The notes under the pieces are model-generated. The model was given only the letters and a program-made list of their open reading frames with translations. It was not told the DNA's origin and did not search any database. A stretch of DNA of 63,925 bases, counting the filler, from Octopus bimaculoides (lineage: Eukaryota): assembly GCF_001194135.2 (NCBI RefSeq). It is 8 parts of 8 records of this genome, joined end to end, with 100 filler letters (N's around TTAATTAATTAA, not from the genome) between each part and the next. Parts side by side here need not be neighbours in the genome. Positions count along the whole stretch, not along the records: positions 38,673 to 56,826 come from NC_068985.1; positions 56,927 to 59,600 come from NW_026358254.1; positions 59,701 to 62,820 come from NC_068988.1; positions 62,921 to 63,925 come from NC_069009.1; 4 more parts are not named here. The stretch is one strand, 5' to 3'. Below, piece after piece: positions 51,192 to 63,925 of this stretch. The position numbers and the translations under genes were made by a program. How positions within the stretch are numbered: the first letter of the stretch is position 1; each line of letters begins with the position of its first letter.

Positions 51192-52833
51192 GGGGGAAGC
51201 TGAGGTTGAAAAGCATGTCGAATATTTGTATAAATGGGAAGCCGTTCTTTTATTTTTTTTTTTTTTCAATGAGATCGTGTTGAAAAGATGGCGAAAACTC
51301 ATTTTCGTCAATTTTCAATAACTTCTCGTTTATATAGTATTTTCTTCTTTTAATAGCTCTCACCATTGATAGCTGAATAAATAGGTAGAGTTGAATGAAG
51401 GAGAGGGATAACATATAGGCCGACAGGCAGACATTAAATGATAGATAGACAGATAGGCAAATAGACACACAGACAGATATACTGACAAAAAAATTTATTC
51501 ATTTAGTCTTTTATTTTATTTAGTGGATTTGATCATTAAACTATGCCACTACTGAAGGATTGCCTTCAAAATTATTCTTTAATCAATAATCTCGATCTCA
51601 ATACCTCGTCTGTTACTCATTTTATCGATCTTTGTTGATCGAATCGCTCACCACCCGATTACGTCTGCTACATGTCTTTAGAGAGTTACCTTCCTTTTAT
51701 TGACTTACCGAAGTTGACGAGGTTGTACTAAATGTTGTGCACGATATATTCTTTATACAAATTCATGCTATGAACTCCTTTGAGTGAGTTCCTCTTACTT
51801 CCGTTTCGTTTTTATTATGCAAATTACCTTTGACCAAGAATTATCTGAACTGTATATATGCTAATTGTCTACATCTTATTCGGAGTCAAAAAAACTCTTT
51901 GCTATGCCCATTGATTCATTATAAACTAGTGCGGTTTTCTTAAAATTATCCCCTATCCACCATCTATCATTCAAAGTCGCTAACAATGGCCGTTAGATTT
52001 TTGTTTACCATCTCCGTCCGAGAAGAAAATTTAAATATACAAATTAAGATTTGATCATGTAGTCATGCTGATTCCGCTTGAAAATTACGTTTAAGATACA
52101 CGTAACTGTGCAATACTCAGCCACTTGCGAGTTAGACAGCTCAGTTGATTGAACAAGCGACAGGTTATCGTCGAGCTGATGGAGGACCAATCATTGTTTC
52201 ATTATTGAAACACTTCTGGCATTTAATCTGAATATTCTTTTCTTCTCCAGGCACAAGGCCCGAAATTTGGAGGGAAGGAGCCAGTCGATTAGATCGAGCC
52301 CAGTACGCAACTGGTACTTAATTTATCGACCCCGAAAGGATGAAAGGCAAAATCGACCTCTGCGGAATTTTAATTCAGAACGTTAAGACGGACGAAATAC
52401 CGCTAAGCATTTCGTCCGGCGTGCAAACGTTTCTGTCAGCTCACCGCCTTTAATTTATTCTGAATATTGTTCTCAATATGGAAATTGCTTGGCCCCATAT
52501 CAGCCATCATCGAGCAGATCTATAATCAAAAGCGTTCCAATGATGACCAGCATGTCTTTTCGGTCTTTCTTTTCCACGATGATAGTGTATCTAGAATTAC
52601 ATTAACATTGTTTTCTTTTAAAACTGTTCGGCATGACTTGAGTGTAGTTTGGATGCTATTTCTAGCAATGGTGAGGTGTTGGTAAAATCGTTAGTGTCGA
52701 GCATTACGTTATTTGTTCCGACTCTCTAAGCTCAAATACCATCGACGTAAATTTTTGCCTTTTATTTTGTTGGGACTAGTAAAAAATAAGTACCGATCTA
52801 AGGCGATGGATAGGTGGAACAGCTCCAATAGTG

Positions 52834-53020
52834 GACCGGATATTTTGTGGCATTTGTTCTGGCTCTTTGTATTCTGAGTTCAAATCACGCCATGACCTAC
52901 TTGAGTGACTTGAGTGTCTTGTGTGATAGAATTAATCCGGCACCAGATTTAACGCAACCATTTGATGACCTGGGTACCTTTAGCGAAGTGCCCTCTGTTG
53001 CAAGCATTCAGGCTAGCTCT
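52834..53020 (+). repeat. 187-bp direct repeat, copy 2
   Basis: About 96% identical to 48784-48970 by eye. Confidence 0.9.
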
Positions 53021-53357
53021 CCAGTTTGCAAATAACTTCGTCCCTCCCTCCCTCCTTCTCTTCCTCTCTCCTTATTGTTTTAAATGTCTTGTAAAGTGTC
53101 ACAGACGCTGTTTTTCCCTCCGAAACTGAAACATGAAATAAAAGTCGAGCGACCAATTATTCTCTCGTCGGTCCATCTATGCTGTCATAGTTACTGTTGC
53201 TTTTGTTGTTGCTGCTGCTGCTAATGGTGATGTTTGTTTTAGATTCTCATATAAGTCAACATGTAAACAAGTTTTATATTCGAAAAGCTAACAGATCGAT
53301 CTATGTGTGTAATGGTTTACATATGAGTGCGCATATATTCGTTTATATATGTATATA

Positions 53358-53388
<31 letters not shown>

Positions 53389-54226
53389 CTGCATACATAT
53401 ATGAACGTTTGTGACTACATTTGGGACCATGAGTGAGTGTGTGAGTAAATGTGCGACAGTATGTGTGAGTATGCTCGGAGTATGCTTTCGTGTTTATACC
53501 TGAACGAGTGTGTATGCGTATGAATATGTGCGAGTGTACATGTGTGTGAGAGTTTATGTGCATGCGTGCATGCAAATATGACATGAGTTAAAGTGTGGCT
53601 ATGTACGTGTATGTGTACATGTTTACGTATATACGTGTATTTACATGCATATGTCAATGAGTACGTATCTATGTGTGCAATCATACGAGTGCGTTTTAGT
53701 GCAAATGTGTGTATCACAATTTTAATGTTGAACTAATGAACCAATGAATTGGAGATGTGAATCTGAACATCACCACCACTATCACCCCCACAGCAAATAA
53801 ATATAAACTAAAATTGAAATTAAACAACAATAACAACAACTGCTGCTTCTACTATATCTTGTAATAACCAAAGGAGTACAAGGAATAACATGAAACTATA
53901 ATTTTCTCCGACAATTACCATTTCAGTATTGAGTAAGACGAAACAAGTTGCAATATTGTTGTTATTAACACAATGATACTTAGTTATATAAGCTATCGGA
54001 GTTTACTACGTCCTGAATGTGTGTGCACGTTTTTTGTCTTTTTCTTGTAATTGTGAACATGCATCGATTTATTTGTATATATTTATATACATATTCAGAG
54101 CAGAGAGAGACGATGCATGTGCGTGTATGTATGTATATATGTATGTATGTATGTATGTACGTATGTATGTATGTATGTATGTATGTATGTATGTATATAT
54201 ATATATATATATACATATACACATAT

Positions 54227-54265
<39 letters not shown>

Positions 54266-54827
54266 CAAATATATATATATACATAATATAATAATATAAA
54301 TAATATATATAAACATATGCATATATCCATACATATATGTACATACCTACATCTATATGTATACATGCATATATGGGTACAGGACATCAAAAAAATTTTA
54401 AACACAATGAGAAACGAAAACATAATATACATATACAATATATTTACATATATATATGTATATATACATACATGTATATGTGTGTGTGCGTGCATGTATC
54501 TATGTATCTATGTCTGTCTGTCTGTATGTATGTATGTATGTATTTATGTATGTATTTATGTATGTATTATGTATATATGTCTTAGTTGGTTTCTTAGGAT
54601 AAAAATAATTCTAAACTGGTAAAAGAATTCATTGCAAATTATATAAATATACCGCCTTAAAGGCGGAATATTTATATAATCAAAAAAATATACCAGCTGA
54701 TTACTACAAAAAATAGTTTTTGTAGAAATCAGCAATTTTTTAAAATTTAAACAAAAATGCGCACGCGTGTAAGAAGGAGTGTGTGTATGTGAAAGAGAGA
54801 ATGCGTATCTGTGTATTTAAGTGCATG

Positions 54828-54863
<36 letters not shown>

Positions 54864-55989
54864 TGTGTGTGTGTGTGTGTTAGGGGAATGAAATTTTTCA
54901 TATTATTTTGGTTAATATATATATTTCTTTCGCGTTGTGAGATCTTTTACATATTATATGTGTCAGTGAACATATCCACAGATATATCCTCAATGTCTTT
55001 TCTATTTCTTTCTGAATACATTTTGCTGAATACGCGGGTGCTTCTGTGCATACGCAGTTGTTGGGTTGTATATCTACAAATATGTGTAGAATTTTAACGG
55101 TTGAGTAACTAATGGTGATACTTATAACGTAAGGTTGCCTGGTGAGATCTAACGTCCCAATCTCTTGTCCCATTGTAGAAATACAAATATGGAGCTCAAT
55201 ACACAGGCATAGCTGAAATGTGTGTTTTATTTATGGTAATAATTATATCCGAATAAAACTACTACGAGCGAACCATATGTGTCCTAACGGATTCCGGGAG
55301 CCAATAGTATTTGATACAAGGCATTTATAATGGAGAAAATGACTTCAGACAAAAGCAAGTAATTCCAAATAATGTAAAATATATTTATTATACTGACATG
55401 CTTTATGTCACAAAATTGAGAATACACAAACTTATGGTTTACAGAACATAAATGTTTGTGTGAAATGAAACTTCAACGAAACTGACGACATGGTCATTCA
55501 TTTAGAAGTCTGTCAGCAATTTAACATAATACATTGACATTTGTGAACAAGTCGACGACAACGTCAGACGAAGCAAAGCTCTTATGATAGCTCAACAGAA
55601 TTGGACAATGAAACTTTGAAACGTGTAATCATGTCAGGGTGAAATTACAGTTTGAAGGAAGAACAAATATTCCGAAAAGAAAATTTGAAATGTCTTTAAT
55701 TTGTGATCTGGACATATCTGGTCTCCTATTTTTAAGCAAATTACTTCGTGACCTTGTTGTTATGTTTGATAAATGAAAAGAAGTGCATCGATACTGTATT
55801 TTATGGAAAAGCTTCTTGTACCAAGAGAAACAATCCGACTGGCTGCAAATAGCTAAGAAAAGAAGCAAATCATATAGAATCCTTATTGATCACTCATATA
55901 TCCGTTACATATACACACGCATAAACACACATTTATTAAGCGAACCAACTTTATACACAAACACACACACACACACATAAAGTTAACAG

Positions 55990-56530
55990 GAAGTGAACAA
56001 TGGCACCAAGTCGAAAATACAACGTACTCCCAGAGGAATGGTACACATGTCTTACTAGCTAACTCTAAGAATTGACCGTTTATCAAAACTGTCCTCAGTT
56101 CTGATCGCCGGGGGTAGTTTTGCTGATTGGCCGCTTTACATCCAGTCTTTCCATGCAGATTATGGCATTGACCCTGGGACCCTTTGGGAAAAGAGAGACG
56201 GCTTCACATGGCTCTCATTGCTCGTAATCCCCAGTATTATAAAAGACAGCAAGGATTTGGTGTACATCAACATGGGTATCTCTGCGCAGATCCACCCCTT
56301 GCCTCGCCTGTTCAACCTTTGGTCCTACTTGAAGTTCTCTTCATTGCAGAAGAATGTTATTATTCGTTTTTGTGCTTGTTCAATAAACTCTTCAAACGGA
56401 CATCCTTGAACTTTCCAGACACGAATTGTCCTCTCGTAATTAAACGGGATATGTATCTGCACTACACGTCTAATAATGAACACAGCCATCTTGGGCTGCT
56501 CGACAATGGCTCTCATTAACCCACAGTGGT
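55990..56530 (-). mobile_element. Decayed maT/DD37D-like transposase
   Basis: MRAIV...IRRVV, FFCNEENF.*DQRLNRR..WIC, PMLMYTK and SNESHVKP...PKGPRVNA. Same family as 63060-63925. Confidence 0.75.
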
Positions 56531-56757
56531 TGTTGCTGGTGACATTCTGAGCTTTCGGGAAGATGTCTGGCAGTCATTTGATTGCGGTCATGCTGGAGCA
56601 CCACCATTTTTTAGGCGAAGAAATCGGCCCTAAGACTTATTCTTTGTAAGCCTGGTAGTTATGCTATCGTTTTCTTGCCGAAACGTTAAGCTGCGGGCCC
56701 GTAAACACACTAAGATCGGTTGTCAAACGATAGTGGGTATGAACAAACTCCTCCCCC

Positions 56758-56826
<69 letters not shown>

Positions 56827-56926
56827 NNNNNNNNNNNNNNNNNNNNNNNNNNNNNNNNNNNNNNNNNNNNTTAATTAATTAANNNNNNNNNNNNNNNNNN
56901 NNNNNNNNNNNNNNNNNNNNNNNNNN

Positions 56927-56973
<47 letters not shown>

Positions 56974-57520
56974 TTATATATGTATACTTATATATATACA
57001 TGAATACTTACATATATACATGTATACTTACATATATATATGTATACTTATATGTGTGTGTATATATATATATATATATACACACACAGATTGGTATACA
57101 TTTATACATTGATATAAGATAGATCCTGCATATTAAAGAAGAGCAAAATTTTGATGTACCACTATTAATATTAAATATTTTTGTTTTTCTGGATAATAAA
57201 ATGTATGTGTGCGTGTGCGTGGGCACGTGCGCGTATGCATGTATATATATATGTGCATGCATGCGTGAGTTGTTTGTGTGAGTATACGTGAGAATATGCT
57301 TATGTGCATTTGTGTTCGTCAGTTTGTTTTCCAATTTACTGATAATATATTACAAGACATAGCGAGTGCGAACAAGTCTCTTTTTTTTTTTTTCTTTTTT
57401 AACATATTTCAATCACAGATGTCGTTTCCTCATCCCACTCGAATTGCGCGCGACGTGTGGATGCGTGTAAATATTCAGATAAGTGGTTGTAAAGATATAC
57501 ACATACATGCCTATATATAT

Positions 57521-57583
<63 letters not shown>

Positions 57584-58754
57584 TAGATAGATATGCATGT
57601 ATGTCTATTTAAATATACAGGTTTATGTATGTATACATACGTATATGTGTGTGTGAGTGTGTATTTGTGTGGGGAATGTAAATATATACACATACTCATA
57701 TGCTTGCGTGGGTATAAAGGTAAATAAAAAGGTGTGTCTATATACGTGTCGTTATATCTTTATTTATATCTTTACACATACACACATACGTGTGTATGTG
57801 TAAATCTCTGTGTGTGTGTGTGTTTATTAAGTTTTACTTCAAGATTTCTCGGCAATAGAGATAGAGCCGGTTTCTAACCTAGATCCAAAGCTCCTTCATT
57901 AGAATTTCAACATCAGGGTATTTGTGTCTATTTCTGTGTATGTGTGCAGTATTTGAAGCAAGGGCATGTGCATATTTGTATGTTTTGTTTTATGTATGTA
58001 TTCCCATGCATATGGTTGTATATCTAGAGATGCGCATGTATATACTTAAATACTAAATTTCTAATAAGTTTTACAAACTTTTACAGTTCCATTGATAGCT
58101 CGAATGTTATCTTCTAATTACGTACGCATTTATGTATATGTATGTATGTATGTATGTATGTATTACGGCGCTCTGAAAATGGACTTGATGGTGAACATGA
58201 AGTCACTCGGGAGTGAAGTCCTTAAAAGATAGCTTCCCGAATGACTCTTTCTCTTCCTTGTTATTTGTTATCGTGGTAATACCTATCCCAATGTCTATAA
58301 GAAAAGTCGACGTGGCTTACATACTACGGAAAATGCATGACCTCTAAACCACCTATTTAGATACACTTATCATTTGTTTTGTATCAATTTTTCTTATACC
58401 ATCATTAAGATACACGAAATGAACTTTATTCATCGCCGTTTTCCATAATAACTTCATATTGTGCCCAACTCCTTGATGTGATTAATCATTTTAATAAATA
58501 TTTTACGCACAAATAAGTCAAGACACTTCAGCTAGGTTTTTGCTTGTGTTTGATTTAAACAGCGATTACTATCAAGTTATTTCTGTGAGCAGATCGGTAA
58601 GCAGTATATATATATACATATATATGNNNNNNNNNNNNNNNNNNNNNNNNNNNNNNNNNNNNNNNNNNNNNNNNNNNNNNNNNNNNNNNNNNNNNNNNNN
58701 NNNNNNNNNNNNNNNNNNNNTGTGTATGTGTGTGTGTATATATGTATGTATGTA

Positions 58755-59940
58755 CAGAGACATGCAGGACGTAGATAGACACCTTTAATTTTCAAAATCT
58801 TTTATTTAATACGCAAAGCGAACAATTGAAATGTAAATGTAATTAATAGGTAGGACTACATACTTTAGTATTTAGTTGACATTCCCTTTGCAGTTTTTAA
58901 TTCAGGAACTCTTTTTGGCATTGAACCGATGAGCTTTGTCTCTTGTGGAATTTCTGCCCACTTTTCACGCAACAATCGAAACAATTCATCTTTAGATTTA
59001 GGTCACTGTGGAGTTTTTCGTATAGCTCTGTCTAGTATGCTCCAAAGATTTCCAATTGGGTTCATGTCAGGAGATTGGCTCGGCCAAGGAATTTTTTGAT
59101 CCCATTTTCAGTCAGCCATTGTTGATTCCCTTTCGCTGTGTGGCATGCAGCCCCATCTTCCATGAATGAAAACTCATTTTTCGTTATGTTATCGTGTGAA
59201 TACATCGGAAGTAGTCCTTGCTGAAGTATTTCGATTTATTTTTCAGTTTATAGTTCCAACACATACGATCAGCTCAGAACGACCATTGCTTGTGACAACT
59301 CCCCATACCATTACAGAGATACCACCATGTTTCACAGTTGGTTGGAGTCGTTTCCAATCAAATTCTTGATTGGGAAGCCTCCAGACCCAAACACGTCCAC
59401 TGTCTGAAAATAATGCAAATCTGGATTCCTCTGAGAAAATCAATGTATCCCAAAATGAAGTGGATTTTTCTGACATCTCCTTAGCCCATTTCTTTCTTTT
59501 CATGATATCAATTGGCTGAAGGAGAGGTTTTCTTCTTCTGCTCGTCCAATATACCCAAGCTTATGCAGATATGTAACATGTTCTTGGACTTACTTCTAGC
59601 NNNNNNNNNNNNNNNNNNNNNNNNNNNNNNNNNNNNNNNNNNNNTTAATTAATTAANNNNNNNNNNNNNNNNNNNNNNNNNNNNNNNNNNNNNNNNNNNN
59701 GTAGCAAGAATGGCACGTATAAATGACGAAACCTAGAGAGTTACTTACTTTTTTCCTTTCGTAAATAAAAGTGTGTAATGTAATTTGTGACATTAAAATG
59801 ACAGAGGTTACCGTGGTCTTTTCGTAGGTTTTTCTTTCCACGGATAACCTCCCCATTTCTTGAGAATTTTCTGTATTATTTCGTATTTTTTGTAAATACC
59901 CCAAACGTTTTGCGATGTTTTTTTTCATCGTTGTCCCAAC
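58755..59940 (-). mobile_element. Decayed Tc1 (DD34E) transposon spanning a gap
   Basis: [43 protein letters not shown] and KGMSTKY*. Probable terminus TA|CAG at 58753-58757. An HTH-like IAKRLG segment lies at about 59900. Confidence 0.88.
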
Positions 59941-60046
59941 TTTTTTTTTTCTTTCTGCTTTGTTTTCGACCCCCTCGAAAAGAAAAAACTCTACATTTGT
60001 ATTTTGTCCCCTCTGTGTTGAGCCCTGTGTGGCTAATAAAGAAACA

Positions 60047-60081
<35 letters not shown>

Positions 60082-60526
60082 GCGCACACACATATGCATA
60101 TATATGTACGTATGTGTGTATGAATTGATAAATGGATGGATGGATGGATGGATGTTGATGGATGTTTGTATCTATCTCTTTTTGTTTCCCTTTCTCTCTT
60201 TCTCTCTTCCATCTGGAAATTTTCCTTCTCCTGGCATGACGTCATTCTCACCACCGAGGATTGTATAATATTGACGTCACAAGAATTCATAAACTTTCGA
60301 GATAACTTGAAATTAGTTCTTTTTAGATTTTTTTTTTGGAGCAGTAGATCTCGAAGTACATAAAGCTATAAATAATGGCATGTAAATATTGGAGATTTGG
60401 GTTCGCGTCCCACCTGCAGCCTTCAACTTTTGCTATCGAGAATGGATTGTTCAATCCAATATTTATATGCTATTATTTATAAATTCATGCCCTTCCTCAA
60501 AAAGAATATGTGTATATACGAGGGGT

Positions 60527-60655
60527 GTATGAAAAGTCTTGAGCCTCAAAAAAAAAACAAAAAAAAAACATAGTACAAGACTTCTGATTATTTATTTTTC
60601 AACATAGTCCCCCTCAATGGCTGAACACTTTCTCCAGCGGTGCTGAAGCGCCATT
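60527..60655 (-). mobile_element. mariner 3'-end fragment with TIR
   Basis: TA|CGAGGGGTGTATGAAAAGT terminus and a C-terminal LQHRW....EGDYVEK* peptide. Confidence 0.75.
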
Positions 60656-60688
60656 ATCCTGGTGTATATATATTGCGTATGTGTGTGA

Positions 60689-60726
<38 letters not shown>

Positions 60727-61345
60727 NNNNNNNNNNNNNNNNNNNNNNNNNNNNNNNNNNNNNNNNNNNNNNNNNNNNNNNNNNNNNNNNNNNNNNNNNN
60801 NNNNNNNNNNNNNNNNNNNNNNNNNNNNNNNNNNNNNNNNNNNNNNNNNNNNNNNNNNNNNNNNNNNNNNNNNNNNNNNNNNNNNNNNNNNNNNNNNNNN
60901 NNNNNNNNNNNNNNNNNNNNNNNNNNNNNNNNNNNNNNNNNNNNNNNNNNNNNNNNNNNNNNNNNNNNNNNNNNNNNNNNNNNNNNNNNNNNNNNNNNNN
61001 NNNNNNNNNNNNNNNNNNNNNNNNNNNNNNNNNNNNNNNNNNNNNNNNNNNNNNNNNNNNNNNNNNNNNNNNNNNNNNNNNNNNNNNNNNNNNNNNNNNN
61101 NNNNNNNNNNNNNNNNNNNNNNNNNNNNNNNNNNNNNNNNNNNNNNNNNNNNNNNNNNNNNNNNNNNNNNNNNNNNNNNNNNNNNNNNNNNNNNNNNNNN
61201 NNNNNNNNNNNNNNNNNNNNNNNNNNNNNNNNNNNNNNNNNNNNNNNNNNNNNNNNNNNNNNNNNNNNNNNNNNNNNNNNNNNNNNNNNNNNNNNNNNNN
61301 NNNNNNNNNNNNNNNNNNNNNNNNNNNNNNNNNNNNNNNNNNNNN

Positions 61346-61401
<56 letters not shown>

Positions 61402-61631
61402 CAGGCTTCTTTCAGTTTCTGTCTCCCAAATCCACTCACAAAGATTTGGTTAGCCCGAGATTATAGTAGACACTTGCCCAAGGTTCCACGCAGTGAGACT
61501 GAACCTTGAACCATGTGGTTGGGAAACAAGCTGCTCATAATACAGTCACACCTGTGCCATGCTGGAAGGAGAGAAACGAGGGAGGACAGGTGAGCGGAAG
61601 GATAACTAACGTAGGCCCCATTTGCTTTTAG

Positions 61632-61769
61632 GCTGTCGCTCGAGACGGACGTGGTGGTCGTATGAGTTGAGGGAATATGCTGTTAGGTTCTGGTCAGAGC
61701 TCAGGAGGACAGGACTCCTTTGGATATATCTTGGTTGGAAAGGATCGGCGTTACGAGAGAACACACGAG
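61632..61769 (+). CDS. Candidate 138-nt exon, unidentified
   Basis: Branch site AACTAAC (61604-61610), acceptor TTTGCTTTTAG and donor GAG|GTAAGT. Open in phase 1-1, but the W/R-rich peptide is not convincingly protein-like. Confidence 0.22.
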
Positions 61770-62920
61770 GTAAGTGTGCTCGTGTTTATGTTAGTTCCCT
61801 CGCATCTGCACTCGACAACCGTTGTTGATTTGTGTACGTCCAAGTAACTTAGCGGTTCGGCAAAAGTGGTCAATAGAATAAGTTAGCAGCCTTAATGATA
61901 CAAGATAAATTAAAAGGAGTACCAGGGTCGATTTATTTGACTAAACATTTCACGGTGGTGGCCCAGCATGGCTGCAGTCCAGTGACTGAAACAAATAAAA
62001 GCTGAAGATAAAAGATTAAAGATAAATGATTAAAGAGAAATAATAATTATTAAAAAAAAATTCTTAGGAACGCCAAAGGTGAAAGATGGTAAAAAAAAAC
62101 CCGGAAAAATAAATAAATAAATATATAAATAAATAGATAAATAGAAATAAACCATTAAATAAAAATCCCAAAAACGAACACAAAATAAGCTGAATAAATA
62201 TGTTTATTTATTTTTAACTGTGGTTTGACACAGTATCTCTTTCTTTGAGGAAAAATTACATGATTTATTTCGGCTAAATATTCTCTATATTTATTTAAAA
62301 GAGATAATTAAAACAGCTAAATGGCTATCTACAGTGTTACAACAGCAAAATAACTTCACTGACAAAGTCGCAACCATGTTCAAAGTTGAATGACTTCCTT
62401 TGTAAGAAAAAGAGAAAATGGGAAAGAGATACTCAACTGCCTGCTTGCCTGTTTGCCTGTTTGCCTATTTGTCTGTCCGTCTGTCTCACTATTTGTCTGC
62501 TACATGTCAGTCTGCTGCTTGTTAGTCTGTCTGTTTGTCTAACCGTTTGTCTGCTTGTTTGGACGTGTTTAGCTGTCACTCTCCATCTTTCGGACTTACA
62601 CTCGACAGCTCGCTTACATCTACATAACAACGTCCTAACAACTATGCTCACACACACAGAAGCTGTAACAACAAGAGCTAAAGATGTATATATTTACCAC
62701 CTAAATAAAGTGATGTTTAAGTTGATAGTCTGGAGTTCAGCGTTCCGTTATATTTCTAATTTTATATAGGAAAGTCAGGTATACATCTAATGATGTATAA
62801 CCAACTTTCCTATAGTCTGCNNNNNNNNNNNNNNNNNNNNNNNNNNNNNNNNNNNNNNNNNNNNTTAATTAATTAANNNNNNNNNNNNNNNNNNNNNNNN
62901 NNNNNNNNNNNNNNNNNNNN

Positions 62921-62976
<56 letters not shown>

Positions 62977-63059
62977 ATTTACATATGGGGTGCAGAAGCT
63001 ATTTGAGAACAACATTTTTATTGGAGGGAAACAAAAATATTTATTAGAAAAGTCAATAT

Positions 63060-63925
63060 ATTTTTGAAACAATTTGGTACTCATATTCTCACCATATTCT
63101 TAGAAACACCTGGGAAAAGGCTATTCAATAAAACCACCACCAACTTCACTAGCTGCCTTGAAATGGCTTCTGAAATGGCTAAATGTGTTGAGCAGGTAAT
63201 CTTTATTCATGGTTGGCCTTAAAATCCCCAATAGCACACATCAGTACCCTGGTATTGTGGGCTTGCTTGTTGGTTTCCCTTCTTAATGAATCCCCAGATG
63301 TAGTAGTTGAGTGGGGTTAATTAAAGAGAGCTAACTGGTCGAATGTTAGAGGTAACATGATCAGGAACATTTCCGGCTGTACACTCCCAAGTCATGAGAG
63401 CAGAGTCTTGCTAAAACAGCCTTCCCAGAGTAAATCTCTTGATTCAGGGTTTGACAACTGTCACCGTTGTATTAATGCAGGCTGCCACATTGACCCTAAA
63501 ACCTTGCAGGGAAAAAGTGAAGAGGCATGACATGTAGCCTTCATTGCACATAACCCACAAGACCATCACAAACAATGGGGAACTTGGTGTGCATAACAAT
63601 GGAGATTTCAGTGGAGCTAGAACACAACCACCTGCCATTCTTCTTGTTCACTTCTTGATTTTGGACAAAGTTCTCATTTGAGAAGAACCAGCGCATTTCA
63701 GCTTCCTCACGGTGCTTCAACCACATCACCCGGTTCTTCAGAGTCCTCTCAGACATGAACTGCCCTCTTCTCACAACACAAAATTTGTACTTGTTATATT
63801 TGTGCACCACTGACCTAATTGTTGACACATAGAGAGGATTGGCAATGGCCCTCATTGACTTGCTGGGATTCTTGTTGATGATGCCCTGGATTTGCCAGGC
63901 TGACTTGACTTCCCCAACACTGTCT
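63060..63925 (-). mobile_element. Decayed maT/DD37D-like transposase, runs off the window end
   Basis: VVRRGQFMSERT, WFFSNENF.QNQEVNKKNGRWLC, VMHTKFP, GFRVNAA, QDSA and PLNYYIWG. Confidence 0.85.

Noticed and set aside
56184-56519. 111-aa plus-strand ORF
   Set aside because: It is the antisense shadow of the decayed maT-like transposase.

Overview
AT-rich, gap-riddled eukaryotic DNA dominated by microsatellites and interspersed repeats. The SINE families and repeat style point to an octopus (coleoid cephalopod) draft assembly; that is an inference from repeat content. No complete protein-coding gene, tRNA/rRNA gene or CRISPR array can be supported, and almost every ORF in the track is a microsatellite, N-gap or antisense artefact. 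Supportable content: three abundant tRNA-derived SINE types, RTE and CR1-type LINE fragments, decayed Tc1, mariner and maT (DD37D-like) transposases, a decayed Helitron Rep fragment, a HINE/Helentron-like non-autonomous element, and several MITEs with readable TIRs and TSDs (hAT-, piggyBac-, Merlin- and TA-type). A few isolated candidate exons and a YY1/ETS promoter-like pair suggest host genes that I cannot name. Best leads: (1) a ~200-bp palindrome at 13.3-13.5 kb holding two back-to-back minimal hammerhead-ribozyme-like motifs with compensatory stem II changes, with weaker related motifs at 38.4 and 23.6 kb; (2) a Merlin-like MITE family (two copies, 8-bp TSDs) whose arms carry inward-pointing TTAGGG repeats, one copy inserted into the Helitron Rep fragment; (3) a hAT MITE whose interior is duplicated 1 kb away; (4) a 600-bp foldback; (5) a decayed repeat-protein-like coding tandem; (6) a CpG-depleted block that suggests a methylated gene body. 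Coordinates were read by eye and edges of degenerate elements are approximate.
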